Positions 10,820 through 23,281 of a stretch of DNA of 64,000 bases are shown here, piece by piece. The position numbers were made by a program, and so were the translations under genes. The notes under the pieces are model-generated. The model did not search any database. It was given only the letters and a program-made list of their open reading frames with translations, and was not told the DNA's origin. The stretch spans positions 8,298,603-8,362,602 of the forward strand of contig NC_069003.1 in NCBI RefSeq assembly GCF_001194135.2, written 5' to 3'. Every line of letters starts with the position of its first letter. The first letter of the stretch is position 1. The stretch is from Octopus bimaculoides (taxonomy: Eukaryota).

Positions 10820-12385
10820 TGGGGAAAGCTTGGTTTGCAGTCGTGTATGCCCACGCATGAGCAAAAAGAACCAAAGGTTGGCTAACAGAGATGGAAATTG
10901 AAAAGATAAAAAGGAAAGTAGAAAATAGAAATAATACTCCTCGAATAGATAACTTCCCCATCGAGGACAGGGAAATGAATGCCGGCAGTTAAGAAGTAGA
11001 GCAAAGTGTAAATGTAAAGGCATTCTCAGCAAATGAAGCTGGAGTAATGGGAAGAGTTATATCACAAGAATACGATGGTGACCTGCAAGACGTAGTGAGG
11101 ACGCTGTGCTGATATGTTAGAGAAGATCAAGATGAAGCACCCACTAATCTGAGATACATTGATTGACGCAAGCTCAAAGTTGAAACTGAAAAGATAGATT
11201 CGGTCCTTGGGCTATTCCAGATAAGAAATATAATTGAAACAAACAAGATTATTTGGGCTGCAGCTACGGATTCTGCTAATAGAGTTGGATACAATAGAAG
11301 AGAACAAACAACGCGAAGAATCATACTGGCGAAGACGAATTTGCGAGAAACAAAGTTAAAAGGACATTTAGAACAAGTTGATAGATTGAGTAGAGGGGAA
11401 TTGCAGAATGAAAGAATAAGAATAATGCTGGAAAGGACATACTGAATAAGAGATAAAGGTTATTATGTGATATTGGAAGAATTGAAACAGAGAGTAGTAG
11501 CAATCAAAGTAAAACTGGAAAGATACGACAAGAGAACAAAACAATTCAGGCAAAGCAGATTGTTTAAAGCAAATCAGAAGAAACTGTTTCAGGAATCAGA
11601 TAAGGAATTACACGTAACAATGGTACCAGATGCAAAGGAAAGCAAGGCATTCTGGAGAGGGATCTGGGACCAACCTGTAGAACATAATGGTGAAGCAAGT
11701 GTCTTCGCTGTGCTGCATCTGTAATAGAGTAGATTAAACCATTGACCATATAAGGAACGAATGCCCTAGGCTTGCCCAAAATCATTGCAAGTTGTGGCGA
11801 CATGATCAGTTAGCGAAAGTGCTACACTGGAAGCTGTGCGAAAAGTGGGGGCTAGAGAGAGGCAAGACGTGGTATGAGCACAAACTGCAGAGAGTGGTGG
11901 AATCGGAGACTAGGAAAATCCTCTGAGATTTCCCAATTCAAACAGATCAGGTGCAAGAGCATAACTGACTGGACCTAGTGGTGGTCGACAAGATGCACCG
12001 CATGTGTCATATAGTTGACGTTGGAAGCTCATTTGACCCACGAATAGTCAAGAAGGAAAGCGAAAAGATAGATAAATACAACACTCTTAAGTACGAAATA
12101 ACCCGGCTATGGAAAAAGGAAGTGAAGATAGTGCCAGTTATTGTTGGGTCCTTGGGAACAGCATCAGAAGGCATCAAGAGGAATATAAATGAAATGGGAA
12201 TAGAGTATCCAGTAAAACTGTTGCAGAAGGTTTGCCTCCTTAGTACGTCCAGAATAAGCAGGAAAGCTTTAGATAGCTGAAAAGAATGGATAGCATGGTA
12301 CCCTAGGCTGGAGGTAGTAAGCCAGCTACGCATGCAAGACTCCAAATGTTCCAACAAGACCTGTGATAAAAACTAATATTGATAA
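10820..12385 (+). mobile_element. R4/Dong-type non-LTR retrotransposon with the RT domain deleted
   Basis: N-terminal motifs KGWLTEMEIEKIKRK, YWRRRI and EELKQRVVAIKVKLERYDKRTKQFRQSRLFKANQKKLF...FWRGIWDQPVEHNGEA. These join directly at ~11697 to SKCLRC..TIDHIRNEC (CCHC), RHDQLAKVLHWKLC, the RLE core DLVVVDK..IVDV..EKIDKY and IVPVIVGSLG. Stop at 12280, then a 3' UTR ending in (AAT)n. Confidence 0.85.
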
Positions 12386-12407
12386 TAATAATGCTAATAA
12401 TAATAAC

Positions 12408-12904
12408 AGCTAGCTCTAATAGTTTCTGATTGCGAGTGTTATCATTTACATAGCAAATATTCTGCTCAATACCACAGATTTGCATGTCAGTTGTTTGACC
12501 TTAACCAGTTGAGCATGTCTCTCTCTGGCTGACAATATGTGTATCTCTCATCATGAGCAGAGGTAGCGGGGGAGCATCAAAGCCATGTGTTGAGGAGTTC
12601 TTTGGGGTTTGAATAATAATTCATCTCTGGAAACATGGGCGTTACGTTCAGCATCTTTAAACAAACCTTATTCAGGGACCTTATGTGTGGCATGGACTAC
12701 TCGACCCGAAGAAAATTCTAATTGGGCCCCACCTGCAAGGTCATGCGCTGTTTATATTGGTATGAAATCACCATGTCGCGCACATATGGTTGTGATGCAT
12801 GTCCCTGGTTTGCCCTTATGAGATGGGTAGTCACCACGGGTATATTGGGCTTCGTATATTTGTACCCCAGTGTCACTTTGATGGCATGCACTGCTCTCTC
12901 ACTC
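12408..12904 (+). mobile_element. ~500-540 bp interspersed repeat flanked by (AAT)n, copy 1
   Basis: Colinear with 21518-22062 (e.g. gaagaaaattctaa.tgggccccacctg.aaggtc and accccagtgtcactttgatggcatgcactgctctctcac). No ORF. AAT repeats on both sides. Confidence 0.8.
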
Positions 12905-12917
12905 AATAATAATAATA

Positions 12918-13128
12918 TTAATGGTTTCAAATTTTGTCACAGGGCCAGAAAGTGAGGGGACAGGATGTAAAGTCGATTACATCGACCGAATGCTCAAGTT
13001 TATCAACCCCGAAAAGATTAAAAACAAAGTTGATCTCAACGGAATTTTAACTCGAAACTCCAAGACGGACGAAATGCTACTAATCGCTTTCTCCGGTGCG
13101 CCAACGATTCTGAGAGCTCGCCGCCTTA
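12918..13128 (-). mobile_element. SINE family B
   Basis: gtcgattacatcgacc...accccgaaaagatt..gttgatctcaacggaattttaactcg...ctaacgattctgagagctcgccgcctt. Confidence 0.75.
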
Positions 13129-13547
13129 CTACTCCATATCATATTCATGTTAGAATAACTGGAAGAATTAATCTGTGGTGGTGTTATGTTTGATTGAAAA
13201 GGTTGATTCCTCGCATTGGCATCATCTTCATCATAGACTTACAAAAATATTTCTTAAAAAAACAACAAAAAACCAAAAGAAGCCAAAAGAAACCAAACCA
13301 GCAATTTCTACAGTTTCTCTCTGAGATATATCTGTTGCTAATTCTCTGTGAGGAAATTGATAGAATTAATAAAGATGATTCGTAAAAGTGGAGAAAAAAA
13401 ATAAACAAAAAATAAAAAGAGACTGGGAAAAAATTTCAGTCTTTGGCAGCGTGACAGNNNNNNNNNNCCCCCCCCCCAAAAAAAAACAACAACAACAAAA
13501 GACATAAAGATACTCGGTTTTCTTGTCCATCGCAACTAATGTCAGGT

Positions 13548-13960
13548 GATGAGGATGCTGATGAAGATGATGATGATGATGATGATGATGTTTGTGGAGT
13601 CAGCGGCCGTAGTGGTGGTGACAATGATGATGATGAGGATGCTGATGATGATGATGATGTTTGTGGAGTCAGCGGCTGTGGTAGTGGTGGCGGTGACGAT
13701 GATGAAGATGATGATGATGATGATTTCAGTATTGGTTGTGATGCTGATAGCTGTGGCGGTTCTATTTTTCATGATGATGACAACGTCGAAGATGTTTATG
13801 ATGATGATGTCGACAGCATCCACACTTAAGACAAATGATGATGATGCTGATGATGATTATGATGACGACAACGACGACGACGATAATGATGCTGATTGTG
13901 ATGATGATGATGATGATGACGACGAAAATAATGTTGATTAAGATGGTGATGATGATGATG
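13548..13960. repeat. (GAT)n-rich low-complexity tract with an 84-bp tandem unit
   Basis: gatgaggatgctgatga...gtttgtggagtcagcggc occurs at 13548 and 13632. Confidence 0.8.
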
Positions 13961-14207
13961 ACGGTGGTGATTTTTAATTTTAAAGAATGCATTCTAAAAA
14001 AAAGAAAAAAATTATCAACATTCCCCTAAAATCTATCTCCAACTTTAAAAGAAATGATTTAAGATATTAAATACATAGACGACAGCAATAAAAGAATAAG
14101 CCTATCGAAGAATATACAAATAAATGTCTTGAATAATACCAACAAAAACAAAATAAATAAAACCGCAAATACATGTATATGTATATGGAACGCGTGTGGA
14201 GTAATCA

Positions 14208-14340
14208 TAGGCAGAGATTGGCTGCTGGTGAAGAAGCTTGCTTTGTAGTCGCTTGGTTTCAGGTTCAGTCCGACTTTGGGTGGGTGTCTTCTTCCATAGC
14301 CCCGAGTCGACCAATGCCTTGTGAATGAATTCGATAGGGT
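14208..14340 (+). mobile_element. SINE family A 5' part, interrupted by a family C SINE
   Basis: aagaagcttgctttgtagtcgcttggtttcaggttcagtccgactttgggtgggtgtcttcttccatagccccgagtcgaccaatgccttgtgaatgaatt. Confidence 0.7.
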
Positions 14341-14344
14341 AGGA

Positions 14345-14718
14345 CAGTTGGCACTCCGTCGCTTACGACGTCGAGGGTTCCAGTTGATCCGATCAACGGA
14401 ACAGCCTGCTCGTGAAATTAACGTGCAAGTGGCTGAGCACTCCACAGACACGTGTACCCTTAACGTAGTTCTCGGGGATATTCAGCGTGACACAGATTGT
14501 GACAAGGCTGACCCTTTGAAATACGAGTACAACAGAAACAGGAAGAAAGAGTGAGAGAAAGTTGTGGTGAAAGAGTACTGCNNNNNNNNNNGCCAGAGCC
14601 TCGTGGAGCTTTAGGTGTTTTCGTTCAATAAACACTCACAACGCCCGGTCTGGGAATCGAAACTGCAATCCTATGACCACGAGTCCGCTGCCCTAACCAC
14701 TGGACCATTGCGCCTCCG
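14345..14718 (-). mobile_element. SINE family C, near full length
   Basis: Minus-strand head ggaggcgcaatggtccagtggttagggcagcggactcgtggtcataggattgcagtttcgattcccagacc. Tail gttaatttcacgagcaggctgttccgttgatcggatcaactggaaccctcgacgtcgtaagcgacggagtgc is shared with 38554-39160. Confidence 0.85.
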
Positions 14719-14952
14719 GTAGGACAGTATTTACATTGGAAAATATGTAAACACTACAAAATCAGCACTCCTGCTTAATGGTATGAACATCATGCTGAGC
14801 CAGTCGTTGAAGGTAAAAATGTCACTATCCACTTGGATTTCTCTGTCAATACCAACAGGACGATGCAGGTTAATAGACCAGACATTGTCATTAAAAGTGA
14901 GGGATAAAGATACTTGTTGACTAATAGATGTCAGTGTTCCCACTGATAAAAA
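14718..14952 (+). mobile_element. R4/Dong-type RLE fragment (lineage a)
   Basis: GQYLHWKICKHYKISTPA*WYEHHAEPVVEGKNVTIHLDFSVNTNRTMQVNRPDIVIK..TC*LIDVSVPTDKNI. Confidence 0.8.
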
Positions 14953-15690
14953 TATAATTGCAGCACAAGATCGAAGCCTTTTAATCAGAAATCACCAAAA
15001 ACATGTAGTGACAACACATACGACAGAATATGTGAGGATGGAGAGAAACAAAGAATCATATTGTCTCTGGCTGCCCAATCGTGGCTAAGAAAGAATATAT
15101 TCACAGACAACAGAATTCGGACTTATATACACTGGAAGCTATGCCAACAGTATGGAATAACAACAGAAAAAAGATGGTATAGGCACACGCCAGAAAATGT
15201 CACAGAAAATGAAAAAGCAACCATACCCTGGTATATGCCAATACACACAGATGGAAAAATTAAGGCAAATACGCCGGATATAGTTGTCAGAGATCACAGA
15301 GGAAAAATGCTTTCTAATCGATGTATCAGTACTTATAGATGACAATGTTTCTCTAAAAGAAACGGAAACTTTCAAAATACAAAGATCTGGAAATAGAGGT
15401 AGCTCGAATGTAGAGTCTAAAAACAGAAACAATTCCTATCATAGTGGGCGCCTTAGGTATAATAAAAAAATATTCAGACAAATACATAACAAAAACACCA
15501 GGACTTACAAATATATATAACATACAGAAAATTGCACGACTGGGTACTGCACACATCCTACGCAAAACACTTTCAATACAGTAACCATAAGAGCATCACA
15601 GCAAACCACAGCACATACCCAAGGCACACAGAGCTGCACTCGGTAGTGAAGTGAAAGCACGTGATAAAAATAAGACTACTCAGTAATAAT
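14953..15690 (+). mobile_element. R4/Dong-type 3' fragment (lineage b), with 3' UTR and (AAT)n tail
   Basis: IIAAQDRSLLIRNHQK, YIHWKLCQQYGITTEKRWYRHTPENVTENEKATIPWYMPIHTDGKIKANTPDIVV..CFLIDVS..SKYKDLEIE..TIPIIVGALG..QKIARLGTAHILRKTLSIQ*. Same family as 40081-40353. Confidence 0.9.
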
Positions 15691-15720
15691 AATAATAATC
15701 ATAATAATAATAATAATAAT

Positions 15721-15932
15721 CTTTTCTGTAATGGGTACAAGGCAAGGAATTTTGTGAGAAGGACAGCCGATCACATCAACCCCAGTACGCAACTGGTACT
15801 TAATTTATCGACCCCGAAAAGATGACAGGCAAAGTCGACCTCGGTGGAATTTGAACCCGGGACGTAGCCGCAGACGAAATACCGCAAAGCATTTTGCCCG
15901 GCGTGCTAACGATCCTACCAGCTCGCCGTCTT
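15721..15932 (-). mobile_element. SINE family B
   Basis: actggtacttaatttatcgaccccgaaaagatgacaggcaaagtcgacctcggtggaatttgaacccgg...gtgctaacgatcctaccagctcgccgtc, with (AAT)n on both sides. Confidence 0.85.
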
Positions 15933-15936
15933 CAGT

Positions 15937-15969
<33 letters not shown>

Positions 15970-16810
15970 GATGAAGCAGTTGTTGGCAATGATTATATAA
16001 TGATGATGATGATGATAATTATAACAACAACAACAACAACAATAATAAAATCAATGAAAGGTGAATAGGTTGGGTTCGCGTAAATTAAGGCCTAACAGTA
16101 ATGGTGTATATCGTTGAAGAATATCAAAACAATGATAAAATTTAATTCCAAGTACTACAGAAAAACGCATCACAACGGGGGAACGAATAAAACTGCTTTC
16201 CAAAATAGACAAAATATAAACAATATTTTTACTGAAATGCCAACAATATTTATTACCAATATTTTTAGCCAAATTCCAGAGTTTTTGGTAAATAATCGAT
16301 ATCCAACTCTCTTCTGATAGATAAATTTATTATCAAATACACAGTAGATATAGTTCAAACGATCTGTATATATATATATATATATATATTGATATCTCTA
16401 ATTCTCATTTGAAATGAATGTCAGAACAAAACTAACACACGCACACACACACACACACATACACGTTTGATATACTCGTTTTGCATAGTGTAATTATGCA
16501 TCTCAAAATGTCTGAATAATATTTAGATAATACATTTTAAAATCTCTTTCATGTGTTTATTTTTGCGAGAAATAAGACGAGAAAAAGCTGAAGTTCCATA
16601 CAAAATCATTGTCAATAGTTGTCAAATGTTCTTATAATAACCAAAACCACTTCTCGGAAGTTGAAAGTACAATTTGAAATATTTGAAATAGAACAGACCA
16701 TGTATGTATGTATGTATGTACGTATGTCTATGCATATAGTGATATAAGTATATATGTGTATATACAAGTCTTACACACACACACACACACACATATATAT
16801 GCATATAGAA

Positions 16811-16841
<31 letters not shown>

Positions 16842-17760
16842 CATATATATANNNNNNNNNNNNNNNNNNNNNNNNNNNNNNNNNNNNNNNNNNNNNNNNN
16901 NNNNNNNNNNNNNNNNNNNNNNNNNNNNNNNNNNNNNNNGTGTGTACAAAGAAAGAGAGAGAGGAAGAGGGAAAGAGGGGAGATAGTGTAAAAGAAAGCG
17001 AAAGAAAGAAAAGAGAGAGAGAGAGAAAGGGAAAAGACAACTGTGTTTTGTTAGAAGTTTTTTTTCTTTCGACTATAATTGGGGTGAAAATGTCCACATG
17101 ATGTCAACTAAATTATTTAGTTGAATTAATGTTGTTACTTTTGTTGTCGACAACATCATTGATGTTATTGTTGTTATAAGTTTTATCGATGCTGCTGTTG
17201 ATGTTGTTGTTGTTGTTACTGTTGTTGCTGTTGCTCTCTTTGATGTCGATAACGAGAGTTCAGGTGGGATTCATCACCCATTACTAAACAAATGAAGCGA
17301 AAATCAAAGAACCAGATCGCATACGAGCTGTCGTCTGCTAACCTGAAGGGTATACTTCGATCTCGTTCTTTCCTTACACTTTGATTTTCCCATCATTCCC
17401 TGGCCGGTTTTATTTCAATTTTCACGCTGTTTATTACTGGTTCGGATTTTATCTATCCCTGGGGATTAAACGTCTGTATGAATCCTGGAAGAAATTGATC
17501 AACTAGAATCTACGATACCAGTCATAGAACGAAAAATATTAATTTTATTTTCTCTCTGGTACTAGGCTGGTCGAATTGTTACCACGCCGTATAGAATTCA
17601 TAACGGCCCACATAGTCTTTGCTTTTAACCATTTCGCAATGTAGGTACCTGTTGGAAACTAGCGTCAATGTAATTGCCTAGATGTCTCCTCCAAAATTTC
17701 AAGCCTATCGTATACACATTATTATTATTATAAATATATACAAATATTTATATAGATAAA

Positions 17761-17767
<7 letters not shown>

Positions 17768-17837
<70 letters not shown>

Positions 17838-18195
17838 ATGCGGAAATACACATTAATATGCATTTCTCTATGAATCAATATAGAATCAACTTTATAATCA
17901 GATGTTTCTGAAAGCATATTTAGTTTAGATATTCGGATTAAGTGATATATATCTGCTCTATAGGACGATTGTGCGTGTGGTTGTATATAATGCATAATAT
18001 ATACACCTCTCTCCCCCCTCTCTCCCCCCTTGCCTGTTTGTCTTTCTCTCTCTCTGCTTCACGAGAGAGAACAAGCATAAACGCAGACACACAAGGAAGT
18101 GCAAACACAAGCACACATATATTTGTACACGCAGCACTCATATATTTTACACAGAAACACACACAAAAATACAATTTCAAACATAGAATTATGCA

Positions 18196-18232
<37 letters not shown>

Positions 18233-18333
18233 GTATATGTATATATATCCATATATATATATAGATGTATATACATAGATGTATACTACATCTATCTGTC
18301 TATTTATCTATCTATCTATTATATATACATAAT

Positions 18334-18378
<45 letters not shown>

Positions 18379-18570
18379 TTATATTTTGTGTATATATGTA
18401 TCTGTATATAGATGTGTGTATATATCTATATATATATATGAACGTGTATACACACACACTTACATACATTCATATTTACATGCATGCATGCGTGCATACA
18501 TACATACACACATACATACATATGTACATATGCATACATACATACATACACACATACATACATTAACATA
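17768..18570. repeat. (TA)n/(TACA)n compound microsatellite region
   Basis: Visible dinucleotide arrays; source of the YIYI ORFs. Similar blocks lie at 19400-20480, 24370-25030, 27430-27940, 34290-35800, 51020-52230 and 53270-53620. Confidence 0.9.
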
Positions 18571-19514
18571 TACGCACGTATTACAATACCTAAAATATTC
18601 CATTGAAAATCATAAACAGAAACAAAAAAAAAAAAAATTAGCCAAAACCTTACCAAAAAAAACACCAAATCCAAAACCAGTCTATTACCGAAAGCATAGT
18701 AAATCTTGTGACTTGTAATATTCGTATCATCTCAAACCGCGACTATTGATTTGACTGCCTAATGGATGAAATAGCTCCAGGAATCTACAATAGTAGAAGC
18801 ATTCCTGATCTGCACAGACCAAGTTTATTATAGGAAAAGAAGAAAAGAAACATTGCGGTGGTATTTTCAGAAAACCTATTAAATACATTTTGGCAATGAA
18901 TAGAGAGAGATGGTCCGAAAGTATAGTGGATGATAATGGTTCTGTTACAGTGAGATAACTTATTGCTGGAGACAATAGACGTAAGTATTGTTGACGAAAG
19001 CTACGATGACCAGAAATATCTTTACAACTGTTAACGTTGAATTAATAAATATGCATATATGCATATATGCATATATGCATGTATATTTTTCTCTCCGGCG
19101 GATTACAAATATCAATTTTGTTTTTTTTTGCATACCTATAAATCTATACCCAACTACCTATAAATCTATATGTACCTATATCTACATCGATATCTATTTC
19201 TAGCAATCAATTAATCTATCTATCTATCTATCTATCCATCTCTCTATCTATACATTTCTCTCTCTCTTCCTCTCTCTCTGCCAATCTATCTCATTGCCTA
19301 CCTTAACACACTTAACTACATGTAAATGTAATTTGAGCGCACTTTTGCTTGAAATAGGAAGACTATATTTATAGATGCTAGAAAACTTTAGTATTAGGCG
19401 ATTACACATACATACATGCATATATATATGTATATATATATATATATATATGTATCTATATCTATCTATCTTTCTATCTATGTATTTATCAATCTGTCTG
19501 TCTGTCTCTCTCTC

Positions 19515-19607
<93 letters not shown>

Positions 19608-20014
19608 AGATTATATTTTAATATTCAAACAATAGTTTAGAGGTTTATAAATCTGCTCCAAGCGAGTCGTTATCTTCAGAAATAATGCTCGAGAATCGGA
19701 ATGTTACTTAAGAAAAAAATATCCCAGAGAAAAACATGGAAGGGAAGGAAGGAAGGAATTTGGTGAAGAATGTGAAAAATGAAAAGCAAAAAGAATAAAA
19801 AAAAAAAGAAAAAAGAAAAGAAGTTGGGGGATTAAGAAGTTGAAGAACTAAAAGCAGAATTGAACGCTCTGTCTGTTAGCATGTATGCATGGACGGATGG
19901 ATGTGTGTATGCCTGTATCTACCTATGCATGTATGTATTTATATATTTATACACCAGAAGATACACAACACACACATATTATGTATAGGCACACACACAC
20001 ACACACAACACATA

Positions 20015-20046
<32 letters not shown>

Positions 20047-20047
20047 C

Positions 20048-20078
<31 letters not shown>

Positions 20079-20234
20079 CATACATACATATATATATATA
20101 TACATACATACATATACATATATACATATATATACATATACATATATACATATATATACATATATATATATATAGAGAGAGAGAGAGAGTGAAAGAGAGA
20201 GAAAGAGATAGTGTGATATTGACTAACACACAAG

Positions 20235-20327
<93 letters not shown>

Positions 20328-20774
20328 TGTAAGTATATACACGTATACGTATTATTTTTACACACATATATATGTATATTCGTTTTCATATATATATATT
20401 CGTATATATATATAAATATATATATATTCTTTTTTATGTGCGTGAGCGTGTGTGTACGTGTGCGTGCGTGTATGTGAGCGTGCGTTTGTACGTGTGTTAG
20501 GTAGAAGAACTTATTCAATGATTACGGCTGTTTCAGGATACAAAACACCTCTGGACATGTTTCGGAGTTTTAAGAGATGTGAGGAGATAGGAATATAATG
20601 CCTTTTGATGATGATACGGACTTTAGGATAGTGTAAGAAAATGTATATTAAAACAGGTTTTAGACACTACCGCTGCTACTACGACTACTACTACTACCAC
20701 CACCACAACCACCACCACCACTACTACCGATAACAAAAACAATAATAATAATAATAATGATAATAATAAGATCA

Positions 20775-21385
20775 GACAGAAAAGGTGTGTTTATTAATTG
20801 ACATGAGTATTCTTTGCGATCATAATATAACGGCGGAAGAATTTGACAAGATCAATAAATATATAGACTTGCTAATAGAAATTGAAAAAAATGTGGCATC
20901 TCAAGGCGACTACATAATATCCCGGCAAAAGAATTTGATAAGCTCAGAAAATATAAAGCTTTGCTAATCGAAATGGAAATGGTGTGGCGTGTCAAGACGG
21001 TTACAATACCAGTGATTGCAGGAGCACTTGGAATGATCAAAAAAGGAACTGAAAATTATTGAAGAATGTTCTGCGGTTTACCATCCATGCAGTAAGTGCA
21101 AAAGATTGCCTTGACTGTCACGTCACACGACCGAGAAGAGCATTGTCGCTATGAATTTTCTTACCTTTTTTCCCCATTTATTTTCCTTGTTTACTTTTTT
21201 ATTTTCTACTTTTTTCCTTTTACTCTCTGTCTTAGTTCCCCTTTTTCTCTATCACATGAATTTGTAAATGAAGTATCTGGTATGTTTATTCTAATGGCCT
21301 ACTAATGTTTACTATGAGTTTCTCTGCCCTAGGTGTCAGGAAGGCACTCAACGACAGATGGAAAGACAGTTGAAAGAAGATGATA
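20775..21385 (+). mobile_element. R4/Dong-type 3' fragment (lineage c) with a duplicated RLE segment and pyrimidine-rich 3' UTR
   Basis: KVCLLIDMSILCDHNITAEEFDKINKYIDLLIEIEK-WHLK, then NIPAKEFDKLRKYKALLIEMEMVWRVKTVTIPVIAGALGMIKKG..VQKIAL..RRALSL*. The UTR ends tttctctgccctaggtgtcaggaagg...ttgaaagaagat(AAT)n. Preceded by (AAT)n. Confidence 0.85.
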
Positions 21386-21466
21386 ATAATAATAACGATA
21401 ATAATAACAATAATGATGATGATAACAACAACAAAAACAACAACAACAACAATAATCATAATAATG

Positions 21467-21517
<51 letters not shown>

Positions 21518-21520
<3 letters not shown>

Positions 21521-22062
21521 TCTTGTTGCAGTACCAGGCAGTAGCTTTCATGGATTCGAATCTTAACTGATTGGAAGTGTTATCATGTACATTCTTTTGT
21601 CTTGGTATAAAAAGATGGGTTCCAGCAAATATTCTTCTCAATACTACACTTTTGCATGCCAGTTGTTTGACCTTAGCCTTTGGAGCTGTTCCTTAGTGGC
21701 TGACGATATGTGCATCTCTGATCATGAGCAGAAGTAGTGGGGGAGCATCATAGCCTTGTGTTGAGAGGAATTATTTGGAGTTTGGATAATTCACCTCTGG
21801 AATCATGGGTGTTTCGTTCAACATCCTTAAATAAACCTTATTCAGCGACCTTTTGAACAGGATGGGCTATGCGACCTGAAGAAAATTCTAACTGGGCCCC
21901 ACCTGTAAGGTCTTGCAATGTTTATCTTGATATGAGATCACCATGTCACGCATATATGGTTGTGATGCATGTCGCTGGTGCACGCTTATCAGATAAGTAT
22001 ACAGGGTTTCATATATTTGTACCCCAGTGTCACTTTGATGGCATGCACTGCTCTCTCACCCA
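21518..22062 (+). mobile_element. ~540 bp (AAT)n-flanked interspersed repeat, copy 2
   Basis: Colinear with 12408-12904. Starts right after a long (AAT)n tract and ends in taatgataataat. Confidence 0.8.
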
Positions 22063-22076
22063 TTAATGATAATAAT

Positions 22077-22275
22077 CAGTGACAATGCTTGCAGGCCACC
22101 ATCCAAAAGCTGTGATCAACCGTCTCTATTTTAGGAGAGACCAGATTATTAGAGGACGCTTATTAGCAGTAGACGAGTATGTACAGATGGAAAGAAAACG
22201 TCTAGTCGATAATTACAGAGCAGCACAGAAAAAAAACTACTAAAGACAGTAAATAAAGAGGGGTGATCAAGCGTG
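22077..22275 (+). mobile_element. R4/Dong-type RT thumb/linker fragment
   Basis: TMLAGHHPKAVINRLYFRRDQIIRGRLLAVDEYVQMERKRL resembles the HPKxDVDRLYxxRxxGGRGL motif of R4-clade proteins. Confidence 0.55.
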
Positions 22276-23023
22276 CAATACAAGATAATGACACACCTAT
22301 ATACACACGAATATACACATACTTATAAGTAATCATATCATCACAGAACTGGATAAATCAGAATATATAAGTACAAATCGGAATGTACAGATTAAGTTGA
22401 TAATCACAAACGTATAATTATATGCACGTGCGAATAACTCGCTTCTTCAAACTTGTCTTAAGAAAATTTACCTAAGAAATAATCATACCTAAGAAATAAT
22501 TGCCTCTAGCTGAGACTTCTACTTGAAACTCTAATGCATTAGCGAGAAAACACTGTTTGCAAAGTAGAAGTGAATCTTCTAGGAAACATATACGCCTTAC
22601 GTATGATCCTTTTAAGATGCGATTTAATCAACTCACACATTTGAACATATGACACTTCCTTATGCAGTACGTCTGTAATCTTAAATAATGAATGTAGTAA
22701 ATGTTTAGAATATAAAATTCATCTAAACTAAGTACATTTTCTATGAATGGTAGATCTAGCTGTGGTAGAATAGAAAGAATAGAAATATACCTGACCAGGG
22801 TATCTGTACCTAAAAATATTCGGTGAGAATTTCGTACTTCCTTCTTAATATCCTTCACAATTTTCTTAATAGAAATAATTTTAATTAAATATTTTCTCTA
22901 CTTCAGAATACAGATACTCAGTCCTCCTTTTGTTGTAAGTGTGGACATACTTAAAGATATTTATAATGTATATATTCTGTTATGTCTGGGGAGAGTCATT
23001 CTCTTTTAGTGCCCTATTATTTA

Positions 23024-23259
23024 ACACACTCACCGGTAAAATTTCCTCTCATTTACATATTTATTTCTCTAAAATTTTCGTTGCGTCTAGCAAGCTTTTC
23101 AATAGTCGTTGACTCTCACCACACACATGCGCACAAAAAAAAAAGGACGCAGCTTGAAGAACGGACGGAATTAACGACTGATAAACAGGTTGCAAAACGC
23201 AACGAAAATTTTAGAAAAATAAATAAGTGAATGAGTGGAGATTTTACCGGTGAGTGTGT
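23024..23259. mobile_element. 236-bp MITE with 62-bp TIRs (Tc1/mariner-type ends)
   Basis: Left 23024-23085 acacactcaccggtaaaatttcctctcatttacatatttatttctctaaaattttcgttgcg is the reverse complement of 23198-23259 with about 5 mismatches. Confidence 0.85.
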
Positions 23260-23281
23260 GTGTATATACATATATATATAT

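Noticed and set aside
13539-13829. Asp-rich 96-aa ORF resembling an acidic biomineralisation protein
   Set aside because: It is a (GAT)n tract with an 84-bp duplication. All overlapping frames are open, and there is no signal peptide or splice support.
17942-18718. Long ORFs such as 258 aa here, 24373-25038, 34899-35588, 45003-45830, 45227-46435 and 62952-63634
   Set aside because: They are translations of di-, tri- and tetranucleotide microsatellites that lack stop codons, with no coding complexity.
18760-19005. Possible degraded APE endonuclease (QE.., YYRK..GG, LIAGD)
   Set aside because: The motifs are spread over several frames and too short to support without a profile search.
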